A DNA stretch of 32,000 nt, from assembly GCF_016806735.1 (NCBI RefSeq), contig NZ_CP060530.1, positions 180,001-212,000 of the forward strand. Direction: 5' to 3'. This document shows, piece by piece, positions 24,598 through 32,000 of this stretch. Both the position numbers and the translations under genes were made by a program. The stretch comes from Candidatus Micrarchaeum sp. Lineage in GTDB: Archaea > Micrarchaeota > Micrarchaeia > Micrarchaeales > Micrarchaeaceae. Each line of letters starts with the position of its first letter. The first letter of the stretch is position 1. The notes under the pieces are model-generated. The model was not told where the DNA came from. It saw only the letters and a list, made by a program, of their open reading frames with translations, and searched no databases.

Positions 24598-25657
24598 CCG
24601 GACTTAACCGGACAGTTCACACCACGAGCTGACGGTCGCCATGCACTACCTCTCGGCTTGTCAGGTAAGATCTTCAGTCTGACCTTCACACTGCCGTCGC
24701 TTCTGGTAATATTTCCGACGTTGGATTCAATTAAACCGCAGCATCCACCCCTTGTGTGCTCCCCCGCCAATTGCTTTAAGTTTCAACCTTGCGGCCGTAC
24801 TCCCCAGGCGGCAGACTTAACACTTACGCTACGGTACTGCAAGCATTCGTGATACTTGCAACACCAGAGTCTGCATAATTTACTGCTAGGGCTACTCGGG
24901 TATCTGATCCGATTCGTTCTCCTAGCCTTCGCTCCTCACCGTCGGATGCGTTCTAGTCAGGCGCCTTCGCCACCGTTAGTCCTTATAGGATTACAGGATT
25001 TAACCCCTCCCCCATAAGTACTCCTGACCTCACCCGCTCCCTAGCCGATGGGTATCTCGCGCACGCATTGACGTTGAGCGCCAATATTTCACGCGAGACG
25101 GCATCAGCCGGCTACGAGCGCTTTAAGCCCAATAATCGTGGACACCACTTGTGCTGCCGGTATTACCGTGGCGGCTGCCACCGGTCTTGCCCAGCACTTA
25201 TTCGCCAAGCTTGCTATACTTGGCAAAAGGTTCACAAAGTGAACCACTCAGATTCCCCCCATCACGCTTACGCGCATTGTGGAGTTTGCGCGCCTGCTGC
25301 ACACCGTAGTGCTAGGGCCCTTGTCTCAGTGCCCTTCTCGGGGCTTATGCTCCCACATCCCCTACGGGTTATAGGTATGGTGGGCCGTTACCCCGCCATC
25401 TGCCTGATCCGCCGCAGTCTCATCGTAAAGCGGAAGCGCTGCAATTCGCGCTCCTTTAAGTCAGGGCTCCTTCCAGAATCCCTGGCCTATGGCGCATTAG
25501 CCACAGTTTCCCATGGGTATTCGCCTCTTTACGGTAGATTGACTACGTGTTACTGAGCCGTACGCTGCCCAGCGAAGCCGCTGAGCGAACTTGCATGGCT
25601 GTCGAAATCTGATAGCAGTGCCCTCCAGCAGCATCGACTGGAATCGATGTCTGGAAC

Positions 25658-25708
25658 GGCCATATTTATCGCAATTGTCGGTACCTTATTGCACTCCTCA
25701 AGACTGCA
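25658..25708 (-). repeat. 16S rRNA 5'-leader half of the processing stem (pairs with 23588-23626)
   Basis: See the feature at 23588-23626: a 13-bp perfect helix plus two 8-bp helices separated by bulges. Minus-strand TATA-like boxes (cttataataaggtataaatac, about 25810-25835) lie upstream. Confidence 0.65.
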
Positions 25709-25978
25709 TCCAATTCCAAGCAGGAATTTTCATATTAAGCATGCAAAATTGCATCGGAACAAATAGTGGTCCAAAATAACCACAACAAGCACTATTGTTT
25801 TTAGGGATAAAGTATTTATACCTTATTATAAGCGCGCCGTCTGCAGACATATTGCTGTTTGCAACGCATGCAACATGATGCTAAATGCTTTAACGCCTTT
25901 TTCAGACACATACGCCGATTGACGAATCATAATGCATCATATAAATATAAAACCAAGAAAATTACTCGATGTGTTTTT

Positions 25979-26359
25979 ATGGAAAACATAACCAAAAAGT
26001 CGGACTATTCAGATAAAGCTATATTCGTTAAAATTAGCTCGAGAGATTCGGAGGACCTGGAGAAAACAAGGACTGTGCTTGAAAAAAAGCTGACTGACTA
26101 CGGCGGTGAATTGGCGGCCAGGAAATCCAAGCATAATTCAGGAGCTCATGAATCTGTTATAGCAATATACTTTGACAGCGAGAGCCAAATGTCGAAAGCG
26201 ATGAGCGATCTCAAGCTGGAAACCCTTCTCAGGTCAGAGCAGCACCATATAGAAATAGCAGACGGCGCTTCGAAGAAAAACGAGATGTCTAAAAAATATT
26301 TCAGGCAGGAAGCAGATAAGCTTCTAAGCGATTACATATACGAAACTCGCTGGGACTGA
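25979..26359 (+). CDS. hypothetical small acidic/basic protein
   Basis: 126 aa from ATG at 25979 (MENITKKSDYSDKAIFVKISS...). atataaatataaaa lies about 26-35 nt upstream, consistent with a leaderless transcript. The track start at 25859 is implausible. I recognise no motif. Confidence 0.45.
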   Translation: MENITKKSDYSDKAIFVKISSRDSEDLEKTRTVLEKKLTDYGGELAARKSKHNSGAHESVIAIYFDSESQMSKAMSDLKLETLLRSEQHHIEIADGASKKNEMSKKYFRQEADKLLSDYIYETRWD

Positions 26360-26390
26360 AAAAGAAGGGCAAAGCGCCCTTCCAACAAAG

Positions 26391-27374
26391 TCAAAGATCG
26401 TATACGATTCCCGGGACTTTCGGAAATGCCTGCACATCGCCGACATGCGAGGCATCCGTAATCCAGGCTATGAGCCTTTCCATTCCTATGCCCGCGCCGG
26501 CGCTCTGCTTTATTCTTCCCTCCTTTGCAAGCTCCAGCAGCAAAGAGTACAGCTCTTTTTTTACTCCTGCGCTTTCCATCTTGGACAGCATCTTATCGTA
26601 TTCGAACTCCCTCAGCGCACCGGTAACTAGCTCGCCTCTTTTCGGCAGGTAAAGGTCAAAGTTGTCCCATCTGTGCGTTTTTGGGTCCTCATAGTCGTAG
26701 AACTCCCTGGGAAGATCCACTATCCATGCGGGCTCGCTTATGTGTTTCGGCAGTTCTTCTTCCCAATCCACGCCGTATTCCTTTTCCAGCTCTGCCCTTT
26801 CATACACTTTGAAAGGGATCCCGAATTTTGGCGCTTCGGCCCCTATCTCGGAAAATTCTTCATCCATAACCTTTCCGACATGCTCAACAAGGCCGTGCAG
26901 CATTTTCTCTATAAGCGAGCGTATATCTGCTGCGGAATATCCCTGCGCCTCAAAATCCATCTGGGAGAACTCAAACAGGTGCCTGCCAGTGGCAGCCCTT
27001 TCCGGCTTTTCGAGCCTTATGTTCGGCGACACGACGAAAAATCGGTCCATGAGCAGCGATGTGCCGACAAGCTTGTGCACTATCATGCTGTGCATTGTCC
27101 TTACTGTAGTCCCATAGATGTCAACCTCCAGCCTTTTGTATATCCCTGCCGCGGGGTCTGGCCAAAGCGGATCAGTTATCGGCGACAGAAGCACTGGCAG
27201 CATCTGAGCAAAGCCCTCCTTTCGCATGAAGCCCTCCGCATATGCTATTATCTCCGATCCTATCCGTATCCTGGCAGCGCGCTCCATTCTCTCCTTTTCC
27301 GACATCTCGTGCAAGGGCTTAGGCATGCCCTTTTTTCCTATTCCTGCGTCTATCTTTTGTTTTTCATATTCCAT
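26391..27374 (-). CDS. class II aminoacyl-tRNA-synthetase-like catalytic core without anticodon-binding domain (AsnRS/AspRS paralog; candidate archaeal asparagine synthetase A)
   Basis: 327 aa. Motif 2-like TGRHLFEFSQMDFE and motif 3 SAGAGIGMERLIAWI. No N-terminal OB anticodon-binding domain is present. Size and architecture match the AsnRS-like AsnA paralogs described in Pyrococcus. Confidence 0.75.
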   Translation of the reverse strand: MEYEKQKIDAGIGKKGMPKPLHEMSEKERMERAARIRIGSEIIAYAEGFMRKEGFAQMLPVLLSPITDPLWPDPAAGIYKRLEVDIYGTTVRTMHSMIVHKLVGTSLLMDRFFVVSPNIRLEKPERAATGRHLFEFSQMDFEAQGYSAADIRSLIEKMLHGLVEHVGKVMDEEFSEIGAEAPKFGIPFKVYERAELEKEYGVDWEEELPKHISEPAWIVDLPREFYDYEDPKTHRWDNFDLYLPKRGELVTGALREFEYDKMLSKMESAGVKKELYSLLLELAKEGRIKQSAGAGIGMERLIAWITDASHVGDVQAFPKVPGIVYDL

Positions 27375-27627
27375 ATTCTCACCCTATGGTAAGCATGAAG
27401 CGGAAAATAGCCAGAGCTAAGAAATGCAAAAACAATGGCAACAGTACTGGCATGCAGGCTTCTAGCTAAAAACAAGTGCTTGTCCAAAGAGACAATTCCG
27501 TTCAGAAGCCCTTATATCCATTCTATCAAGCAAAGAAGCGCGCTTTCCGATATTTAAGGCTTCTGTGCAGCCATTGCAGTTTTCATAAATCAATAAAACA
27601 ATTTTAGCTGGCATGCGCATACTCGTA

Positions 27628-28200
27628 TCATATCCTTCCTTTAGAAATGCCGGTGCTGACTCCGTTTGCGATCATGTGCGCAAGCCTTAGAAGCTCGAAT
27701 GCAGTCGCCACTATTTTGTCCTGATCTATTTTTCCATCCGACTGCACGTGGAAACCATGCGCCCTCTTGAAGGGCCTTTCAGCGTTTAGGGCTTTTACTA
27801 CAGCGATTTTTCCGTTTATCGAATCGCGGTCCTCTCCGGAATTCATAAGGGCTTTTTCAAGCGCCTTGAAATCCGGCTTCTTTCGCGTAAGCACTATCAC
27901 AGGTATTCCAGTGCGGCGCTCTACGCTTTTCACGTCTACAACGTTGAGTCCCGCAAGCGCTATACCGTTGATTGCAATGAGCTTTATCTGGTCTCCAAAG
28001 CGCGACTTGCGCGCCATCTTTATTATCTTTGAAGTCGCATCATTCCCGTCGACAATAATCCTGTCTGAAATGACTCCTTCGATTGTCCCCATTCTTCCTA
28101 TTATTCCTACGAGCAGTGTAGTCCTCTTTTTTCTTTCGTAGATCGGCCCGCTGGCAACGGCAAGGAGCCGCACTCCTTCCTTCATGTTTAAAATAGACAA
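27628..28200 (-). CDS. DUF99/UPF0215 family protein (endonuclease V-like fold)
   Basis: 190 aa. MKEGVRLLAVASGP...LLVGIIGRMGTIEGVISDRIIVDGNDATSKII...IKLIAINGIALAGLNVVD matches the archaeal UPF0215 pattern. Confidence 0.7.
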   Translation of the reverse strand: MSILNMKEGVRLLAVASGPIYERKKRTTLLVGIIGRMGTIEGVISDRIIVDGNDATSKIIKMARKSRFGDQIKLIAINGIALAGLNVVDVKSVERRTGIPVIVLTRKKPDFKALEKALMNSGEDRDSINGKIAVVKALNAERPFKRAHGFHVQSDGKIDQDKIVATAFELLRLAHMIANGVSTGISKGRI

Positions 28201-28227
28201 AGAAAAAGATTTATCGCTTTCCGAGAT

Positions 28228-28503
28228 TCACTGCTTTGCGTTTATGCCCTTCTTTATCTCGGCTATCTTCTCGTCAAGGGCTTCGAGGGCTTTCTCGAGC
28301 GTTTCCGCGGCTTTCTTCTTGTTTGTCTTTATTATCAGCTGCGGTTTTCCGGTTTCCGGATGGTCCTTGGTTACTCCTGTAAACACGACGTCGTCGTTGC
28401 CAGAAAGCTCTGCGGCTATCATGTCAGGTATGGTCGTGTCGCCGTCTTCAAATTCCAGTATGAGTTCCTTGCTTTCGTTTTTTATGACGTTTATTCCATC
28501 CAT
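28228..28503 (-). CDS. rpoL: DNA-directed RNA polymerase subunit L (Rpo11/Rpb11 homolog)
   Basis: 91 aa. ELILEFEDGDTTIPDMIAAEL...VVFTGVTKDHPETGKPQLIIKT...AAETLEKALEAL fits the RpoL pattern (ExH/DT..N.L..EL...V.FA.Y...HP....P.L.I.T). Confidence 0.75.
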   Translation of the reverse strand: MDGINVIKNESKELILEFEDGDTTIPDMIAAELSGNDDVVFTGVTKDHPETGKPQLIIKTNKKKAAETLEKALEALDEKIAEIKKGINAKQ

Positions 28504-28513
28504 GTTGACACCA

Positions 28514-29167
28514 TCATTCCTCGTTGCTCTGGCCGTTGCGCATCAGAAGCTCCTCTATGCCTTTAGAATTGTCATAAAGCGTGCTTATCTTGGGCCTGAC
28601 TGTCCTCTTGCATGAGCTGCAGTACAATCCATCGCCGTGCTTGTCTAGCTGGAGCTTTTCTCCGCATTCGTCGCAAAGCGAGTATACCACTCCGGCTTCC
28701 GGGTCTCTCAGGCTGAGCGTGAATATCTCGTTGTCTTCCATTATTATCTTGGCAAGCACAACGTCGCCCATTTCAGCAGGCTTTGGCTCGTCCCTGCTCC
28801 TGTCATGCCTTTCGTGCATTCCTCCTCTCATCGGTGGCCTCCTTGGTGCCATTAGGACTATCTTTCCGTCCTTGCCGGCGATAAATTCCATGTTTCCTAT
28901 GGAGAAGTTTTCAATCTCTACGAATATTACGCTCTTGAGGACTCCTACCACTCTTCCAAGGACGAACATGCCTCTTTTCATTCTTCTTATGTCCCTGGTG
29001 GCGCTGTTTACGAGCATCTTGCCTTCTTCTGCATCTGCCTTGCCAAAAACAGCAGAATATACAACTCCGTTTTCCACGTATACGTTCCTGGCCGGCAGGA
29101 ATTCCTCTTCTGTAGAGAGCCTGTCTCCAGGAAATACTACTTCAGAAGTTGAAATAGGTTCTGTCAT
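28514..29167 (-). CDS. csl4: exosome complex RNA-binding subunit Csl4 (S1 domain + C-terminal Zn ribbon)
   Basis: 217 aa. N-terminal VVFPGDRLSTEEEFLPARNVYVENGVVYSAVFG, an S1-like core (RGMFVLGRVVGVLKSVIFVEI...GDVVLAKI) and the zinc ribbon CDECGEKL...YCSSCKR. Confidence 0.8.
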   Translation of the reverse strand: MTEPISTSEVVFPGDRLSTEEEFLPARNVYVENGVVYSAVFGKADAEEGKMLVNSATRDIRRMKRGMFVLGRVVGVLKSVIFVEIENFSIGNMEFIAGKDGKIVLMAPRRPPMRGGMHERHDRSRDEPKPAEMGDVVLAKIIMEDNEIFTLSLRDPEAGVVYSLCDECGEKLQLDKHGDGLYCSSCKRTVRPKISTLYDNSKGIEELLMRNGQSNEE

Positions 29168-29212
29168 TCAAATCATTCTGTATTGGGCTGGCAAGGGCTA
29201 TAAGCATAATGC

Positions 29213-29707
29213 TCATACGCGCCTTCCACGCTTTCCTCCTGGCCTTCTCGTCGTGTCCGTAGGTATGGGCGTCACGTCTTCTATTCTGTTGACGCGAAGG
29301 CCGCTCCTTGCGAGCACCCTCACTACTGCCTGGGCTCCATGCCCTGGCGTTTTTGAGTTGTGGCCTCCTGGGGCCCTTATCTCTATATTTATATTCATTA
29401 TGCCTTTTTCCTTGGCAGCCGCAGCAACCTTGTACGCTGCCTGCATGGCCGCATAAGGCGAACCTTCCTGCGAATCTGTATTCACCATCATGCCGCCGCT
29501 TCCGACAGCTATGGTCTCAGCGCCGCTTATGTCAGTGAGCGTTATTATCGTATCATTCTTTGAGGAGTAGACGTGCGCAACTGCCAGCCTTTCGGGCTTG
29601 GGCTTTGCCTTTGTCTCTTCCATTGCCTTTGCTTCGTACGAAACTGCCTCTTTCTTCTGTTTCTCCGCTGACGGTTTTTTATCCGCTGTTTTGCCTTTTT
29701 TAGCCAT
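29213..29707 (-). CDS. rps11: 30S ribosomal protein uS11 (S11P)
   Basis: [17 protein letters not shown]...[21 protein letters not shown]...[57 protein letters not shown]. Confidence 0.95.
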   Translation of the reverse strand: MAKKGKTADKKPSAEKQKKEAVSYEAKAMEETKAKPKPERLAVAHVYSSKNDTIITLTDISGAETIAVGSGGMMVNTDSQEGSPYAAMQAAYKVAAAAKEKGIMNINIEIRAPGGHNSKTPGHGAQAVVRVLARSGLRVNRIEDVTPIPTDTTRRPGGKRGRRV

Positions 29708-29722
29708 AAATATCTACCTTAT

Positions 29723-30265
29723 TCAGTTTTCGGCCTGCTCGACGCTTGGTTCTGCTTCGGCCTTTGCCTCTTCATGCTTTGCAGGCACTATGTCTATGGG
29801 CTTGTAATATCCTATCTTGTGCTCCTCTTCCGCGTTGACCAAATATCCAGGCACAGTGAGCTTGCGCCCGTTTATGGAAATGAATCCATGCGTTATGAGC
29901 TGCCTGGACTGCTTCATGCTCCTGGCCATGCCTCTTTTGTAGACAACGGACTCCAGCCTCCTGTCAAGTATGCTTCTTTCGCTTAGCTCGAGGAGCTTCT
30001 CAATCGGCGTGTCTTTGTCTATGATTCCAAGCTTTACGAGCCTGGTCTTAAGCGCTTGCTCGACGTTTCCCGTGCCAGTGGCTCCGGAAAGAAGAAGCCT
30101 TACGTTGCCTCGTATCCTGCTAAGCTCGCTCTGCACCTTCCACAGCTCGCTCATGTTTTTGAGGCCGTATTCCTTTATCAATGCGTTGTCAGCGTTTATC
30201 CTTGCCAAGTTCCATATGTCCTTTGGCTTGTCAAATTTTTTCCTGTTTCTTTTAGGTGCTCCCAA
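29723..30265 (-). CDS. rps4: 30S ribosomal protein uS4 (S4P)
   Basis: MGAPKRNRKKFDKPKDIW...EYGLKNMSELWKVQSELSRIRGNVRLLL...LDRRLESVVYKRGMARSMKQSRQLITHGFISINGRKLTVPGYLV. Confidence 0.95.
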   Translation of the reverse strand: MGAPKRNRKKFDKPKDIWNLARINADNALIKEYGLKNMSELWKVQSELSRIRGNVRLLLSGATGTGNVEQALKTRLVKLGIIDKDTPIEKLLELSERSILDRRLESVVYKRGMARSMKQSRQLITHGFISINGRKLTVPGYLVNAEEEHKIGYYKPIDIVPAKHEEAKAEAEPSVEQAEN

Positions 30266-30277
30266 GCAATCACTTTA

Positions 30278-30832
30278 TCATTTCTTGTCGGATTTCGCCG
30301 CAGGCGCTCCGGGCTTTACCGCCTGCTTCTTCGTGACTCCCATAGTGGCTCCGGTCCTTCCGGTTGACCTTGTGTGCTGTCCGCGCACCTTCTGTCCGTA
30401 CTGGTGCCTTGCGCCCCTCCACGTCCTAAGCGTAACGTCCCTTGAGACGTCCTGCCTGTTGGCGAAGATCAGGTCGTTGCCTACTACGTGCACGTCTTTT
30501 CCTGTTTCGAAATCCTTGTTTCTGTTAAGCATAAATCTTGGTATCCCGTACTTTTGCGGGTCCTTTATGAGCGCTTCAAGCTTTGCTATGTTCTCCTCGC
30601 TGAGCGAGCCTATCTCGTCCTTGGGGTCTATTTCAAGCTTGTTTTCCAGGGCGTAGCTCATGGCTCTTGCCATGTCCCTGCCTATGCCTTTGACAGAGTC
30701 TATGGCCCTTTCAACGCTTAAGCTGCCGTTGACGTCCTTTCCCGAAATTCTTATTACAGAGGTCAGCCTAGCGGAAGACTCTTTTCTTCCGTGCTGCTTT
30801 TCATTGCTTTGAGTATTTTTTTCTTCAGCCAT
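30278..30832 (-). CDS. rps13: 30S ribosomal protein uS13 (S13P)
   Basis: IRISGKDVNGSLSVERAIDSVKGIGRDMARAM...LTLRTWRGARHQYGQKVRGQHTRSTGR. The start is set at ATG 30832 because the 12 upstream codons of the track ORF overlap the tRNA-Ser 3' end at 30845. Confidence 0.95.
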   Translation of the reverse strand: MAEEKNTQSNEKQHGRKESSARLTSVIRISGKDVNGSLSVERAIDSVKGIGRDMARAMSYALENKLEIDPKDEIGSLSEENIAKLEALIKDPQKYGIPRFMLNRNKDFETGKDVHVVGNDLIFANRQDVSRDVTLRTWRGARHQYGQKVRGQHTRSTGRTGATMGVTKKQAVKPGAPAAKSDKK

Positions 30833-30844
30833 TTGAACACCAAA

Positions 30845-30959
30845 CGCCAGGGCTGGGATATTCAGCATAGAGCATTTGAACCCAGAAGGCTCGAGGAGCC
30901 ATACGCTTGCAGGTATTTAACTTCCAGGCGTACGCGTTACCAGTTTCCGCCACCCTGGC
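30845..30959 (-). tRNA. tRNA-Ser(GGA) with two introns: 14 nt at 37/38 and 16 nt at the T-loop/T-stem junction
   Basis: Reverse complement reads GCCAGGG UG GCG GAAACUGGUAA CGC G UACGC CUGGAA[GUUAAAUACCUGCA]A GCGUA U GGCUC CUC GAGCC UU CUGGG UUCAAAU[GCUCUAUGCUGAAUAU]CCCAG CCCUGGC G. Removing the bracketed segments gives a perfect 85-nt class II cloverleaf with a 3-bp D-stem, long variable arm and G73. Confidence 0.8.
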
Positions 30960-31186
30960 ATTCAAGCTATAATTCTAATGCGTTAATAATTTAACCTTTG
31001 CTTTTTCCTCATGCTGAAAATATGCCTATTTCCCTTTTGCTTTGCACCTATATTTTTGATGGAAGCTTTTTATAACCTTTCATAAACTCGTGATTATCGG
31101 CCCATCAGCACTATGGCATTGCTTTCGCATTTCCAGAAAAAGAGCCCACAGCACAATGATTCACCGCCAAAAATATTCTGATAAAA

Positions 31187-31339
31187 TTATTGCCTCTTTT
31201 CCGTTCCATCAGCCCAGATAAACTCGTAAACGTTGGAGTTCCCCTTTATCATTGCAACTGGCCTTGCGTTTATGGCGTACATTTCCAAGAATCTTTCAAG
31301 CTTCCTGTGCTTCATAATTTTGAATAGGTTAGTATTCAT
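31187..31339 (-). CDS. possible small ORF (50 aa), hypothetical
   Basis: Below the track length cut-off. My translation is MNTNLFKIMKHRKLERFLEMYAINARPVAMIKGNSNVYEFIWADGTEKRQ*. It is co-oriented between lysS and tRNA-Ser. I recognise no motif, and it could be non-coding. Confidence 0.25.
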   Translation of the reverse strand: MNTNLFKIMKHRKLERFLEMYAINARPVAMIKGNSNVYEFIWADGTEKRQ

Positions 31340-31400
31340 AATTCTACCAATCCTTCAATTATGCTAAAATTCATCCTGCCCTGAGAAAATACTGGAAATC

Positions 31401-32000
31401 TCACTCATTTTTATCCTGAGGCAGCGGCCTCACTGCAGGGAACGGGAGCACCTCCTTTATAGATACGTTGTCCGTGAGTATCATTGCCAGCCTGTCTATC
31501 GCAATGCCAAGGCCCGCTGTAGGTGGCATGCCGTACTCTATCGCTTCAAGGAAATCCTCGTCGCTAGGCGGCGCTTCCGAATCGCCCTTCCTTCTTTCGG
31601 CATCCTGCTCCTCAAACTTCTTCCTCTGCTCTATCGGGTCGGTTAGCTCGGAATAGCAGTTGGCATCCTCCTTGCCCGCCAGGTAAAGCTCAAACCTCTC
31701 GCTAAGCTTCGGGTTGCCGCGCTTGTCCTTAGTGAGCGGGCACATATAAGCAGGGAAATCAAGCACGAAAGCAGGGTCGAAAAGCTCCGGCTTTATGTAT
31801 TTGTCGAAAAGCGCATCTGCAACATGGTACGCGTTGACTATGCCTATCTCAAGCTTCTCCTTCTTGGCTATCTCTTTTGCATCCTCATCCGTGAGATCCG
31901 CAAGGTCTATGCCTGTTTTCTTCTTTATCTCTTCTACCCAGTAAACCCTCTTGAACGGCGGTTCGAAGTTCAGCTCTTTGCCCTGGTACTTGACCTTGTA
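31401..32000 (-). CDS. lysS: lysine--tRNA ligase, class II (C-terminal part; N-terminus beyond the right edge)
   Basis: The frame is open from 32000 down to the stop at 31401. It reads ...YKVKYQGKELNFEPPFKRVYW...FVLDFPAYMCPLTKDKRGNPKLSERFELYLAGKEDANCYSELTDPIEQRKKFEEQ...DEDFLEAIEYGMPPTAGLGIAIDRLAMILTDNVSIKEVLPFP. Class II motifs 2 and 3 of LysRS-II are present. The 'M' at 31766 in the track is an internal GTG. Confidence 0.9.
   Translation of the reverse strand, partial: YKVKYQGKELNFEPPFKRVYWVEEIKKKTGIDLADLTDEDAKEIAKKEKLEIGIVNAYHVADALFDKYIKPELFDPAFVLDFPAYMCPLTKDKRGNPKLSERFELYLAGKEDANCYSELTDPIEQRKKFEEQDAERRKGDSEAPPSDEDFLEAIEYGMPPTAGLGIAIDRLAMILTDNVSIKEVLPFPAVRPLPQDKNE

Noticed and set aside
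28581-30656. Plus-strand ORFs 28581..29456 (291 aa) and 29970..30656 (228 aa)
   Set aside because: They are antisense to csl4, rps11, rps4 and rps13, whose identities are unambiguous. The composition is Ser/Leu/Pro-rich shadow.
30960-31186. Possible small RNA in the 225-nt spacer upstream of tRNA-Ser(GGA) (UGAUGG and CUGA-like words)
   Set aside because: The box-like words are about 120 nt apart or have too short a spacer, and no terminal stem is present. The evidence is insufficient.

Overview
This is a gene-dense archaeal chromosomal segment. Archaeal hallmarks include aIF2-beta, Pelota, CDP-archaeol synthase, Pth2, RpoL, exosome Csl4, an archaeal-type SRP RNA and 16S rRNA, and AT-rich TATA boxes about 25-30 nt upstream of apparently leaderless starts. 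I support about 32 protein genes, 3 tRNAs, one SRP (7S) RNA and one 16S rRNA gene. The RNA genes are the most unusual content. The 16S gene stands alone, with no 23S or 5S in the window. It is flanked by a long leader/trailer processing stem. It is interrupted by a 519-nt intron almost completely filled by a LAGLIDADG-type ORF whose two motifs both read ..CN.. where the catalytic Asp is expected. Both tRNA-Ser genes carry short introns at non-canonical positions: one in the D-loop, the other with a 37/38 intron plus a T-loop intron. The 16S also deviates from the universal 515F and 1492R primer sites. The most interesting protein-coding region is a metal-resistance cluster at 18.1-23 kb. It holds a clear MerA with a C-terminal CC pair. 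MerA is co-transcribed with a 4-TM protein carrying an intramembrane vicinal Cys pair and with a membrane-anchored CxxC thioredoxin-fold protein. A Cys-bearing HxlR-type regulator is divergently transcribed across a perfect 9-1-9 palindrome. A low-GC orphan gene and an ArsC follow. Other notable items are a tandem-AAA+ (Cdc48-like) ATPase with a roughly 330-aa polytopic membrane N-domain, an anticodon-domain-less AsnRS-like paralog, a standalone Cas4-like nuclease, and a 348-aa protein built from four ~55-aa repeats. I found no CRISPR array, transposase or integrase. Introns in rRNA and tRNA, primer-site divergence and Hg/As genes would fit an acidophilic or metal-exposed DPANN or Thermoplasmata-like archaeon, but that placement is inference only. 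All calls come from reading translations and motifs by eye; no database search was run.
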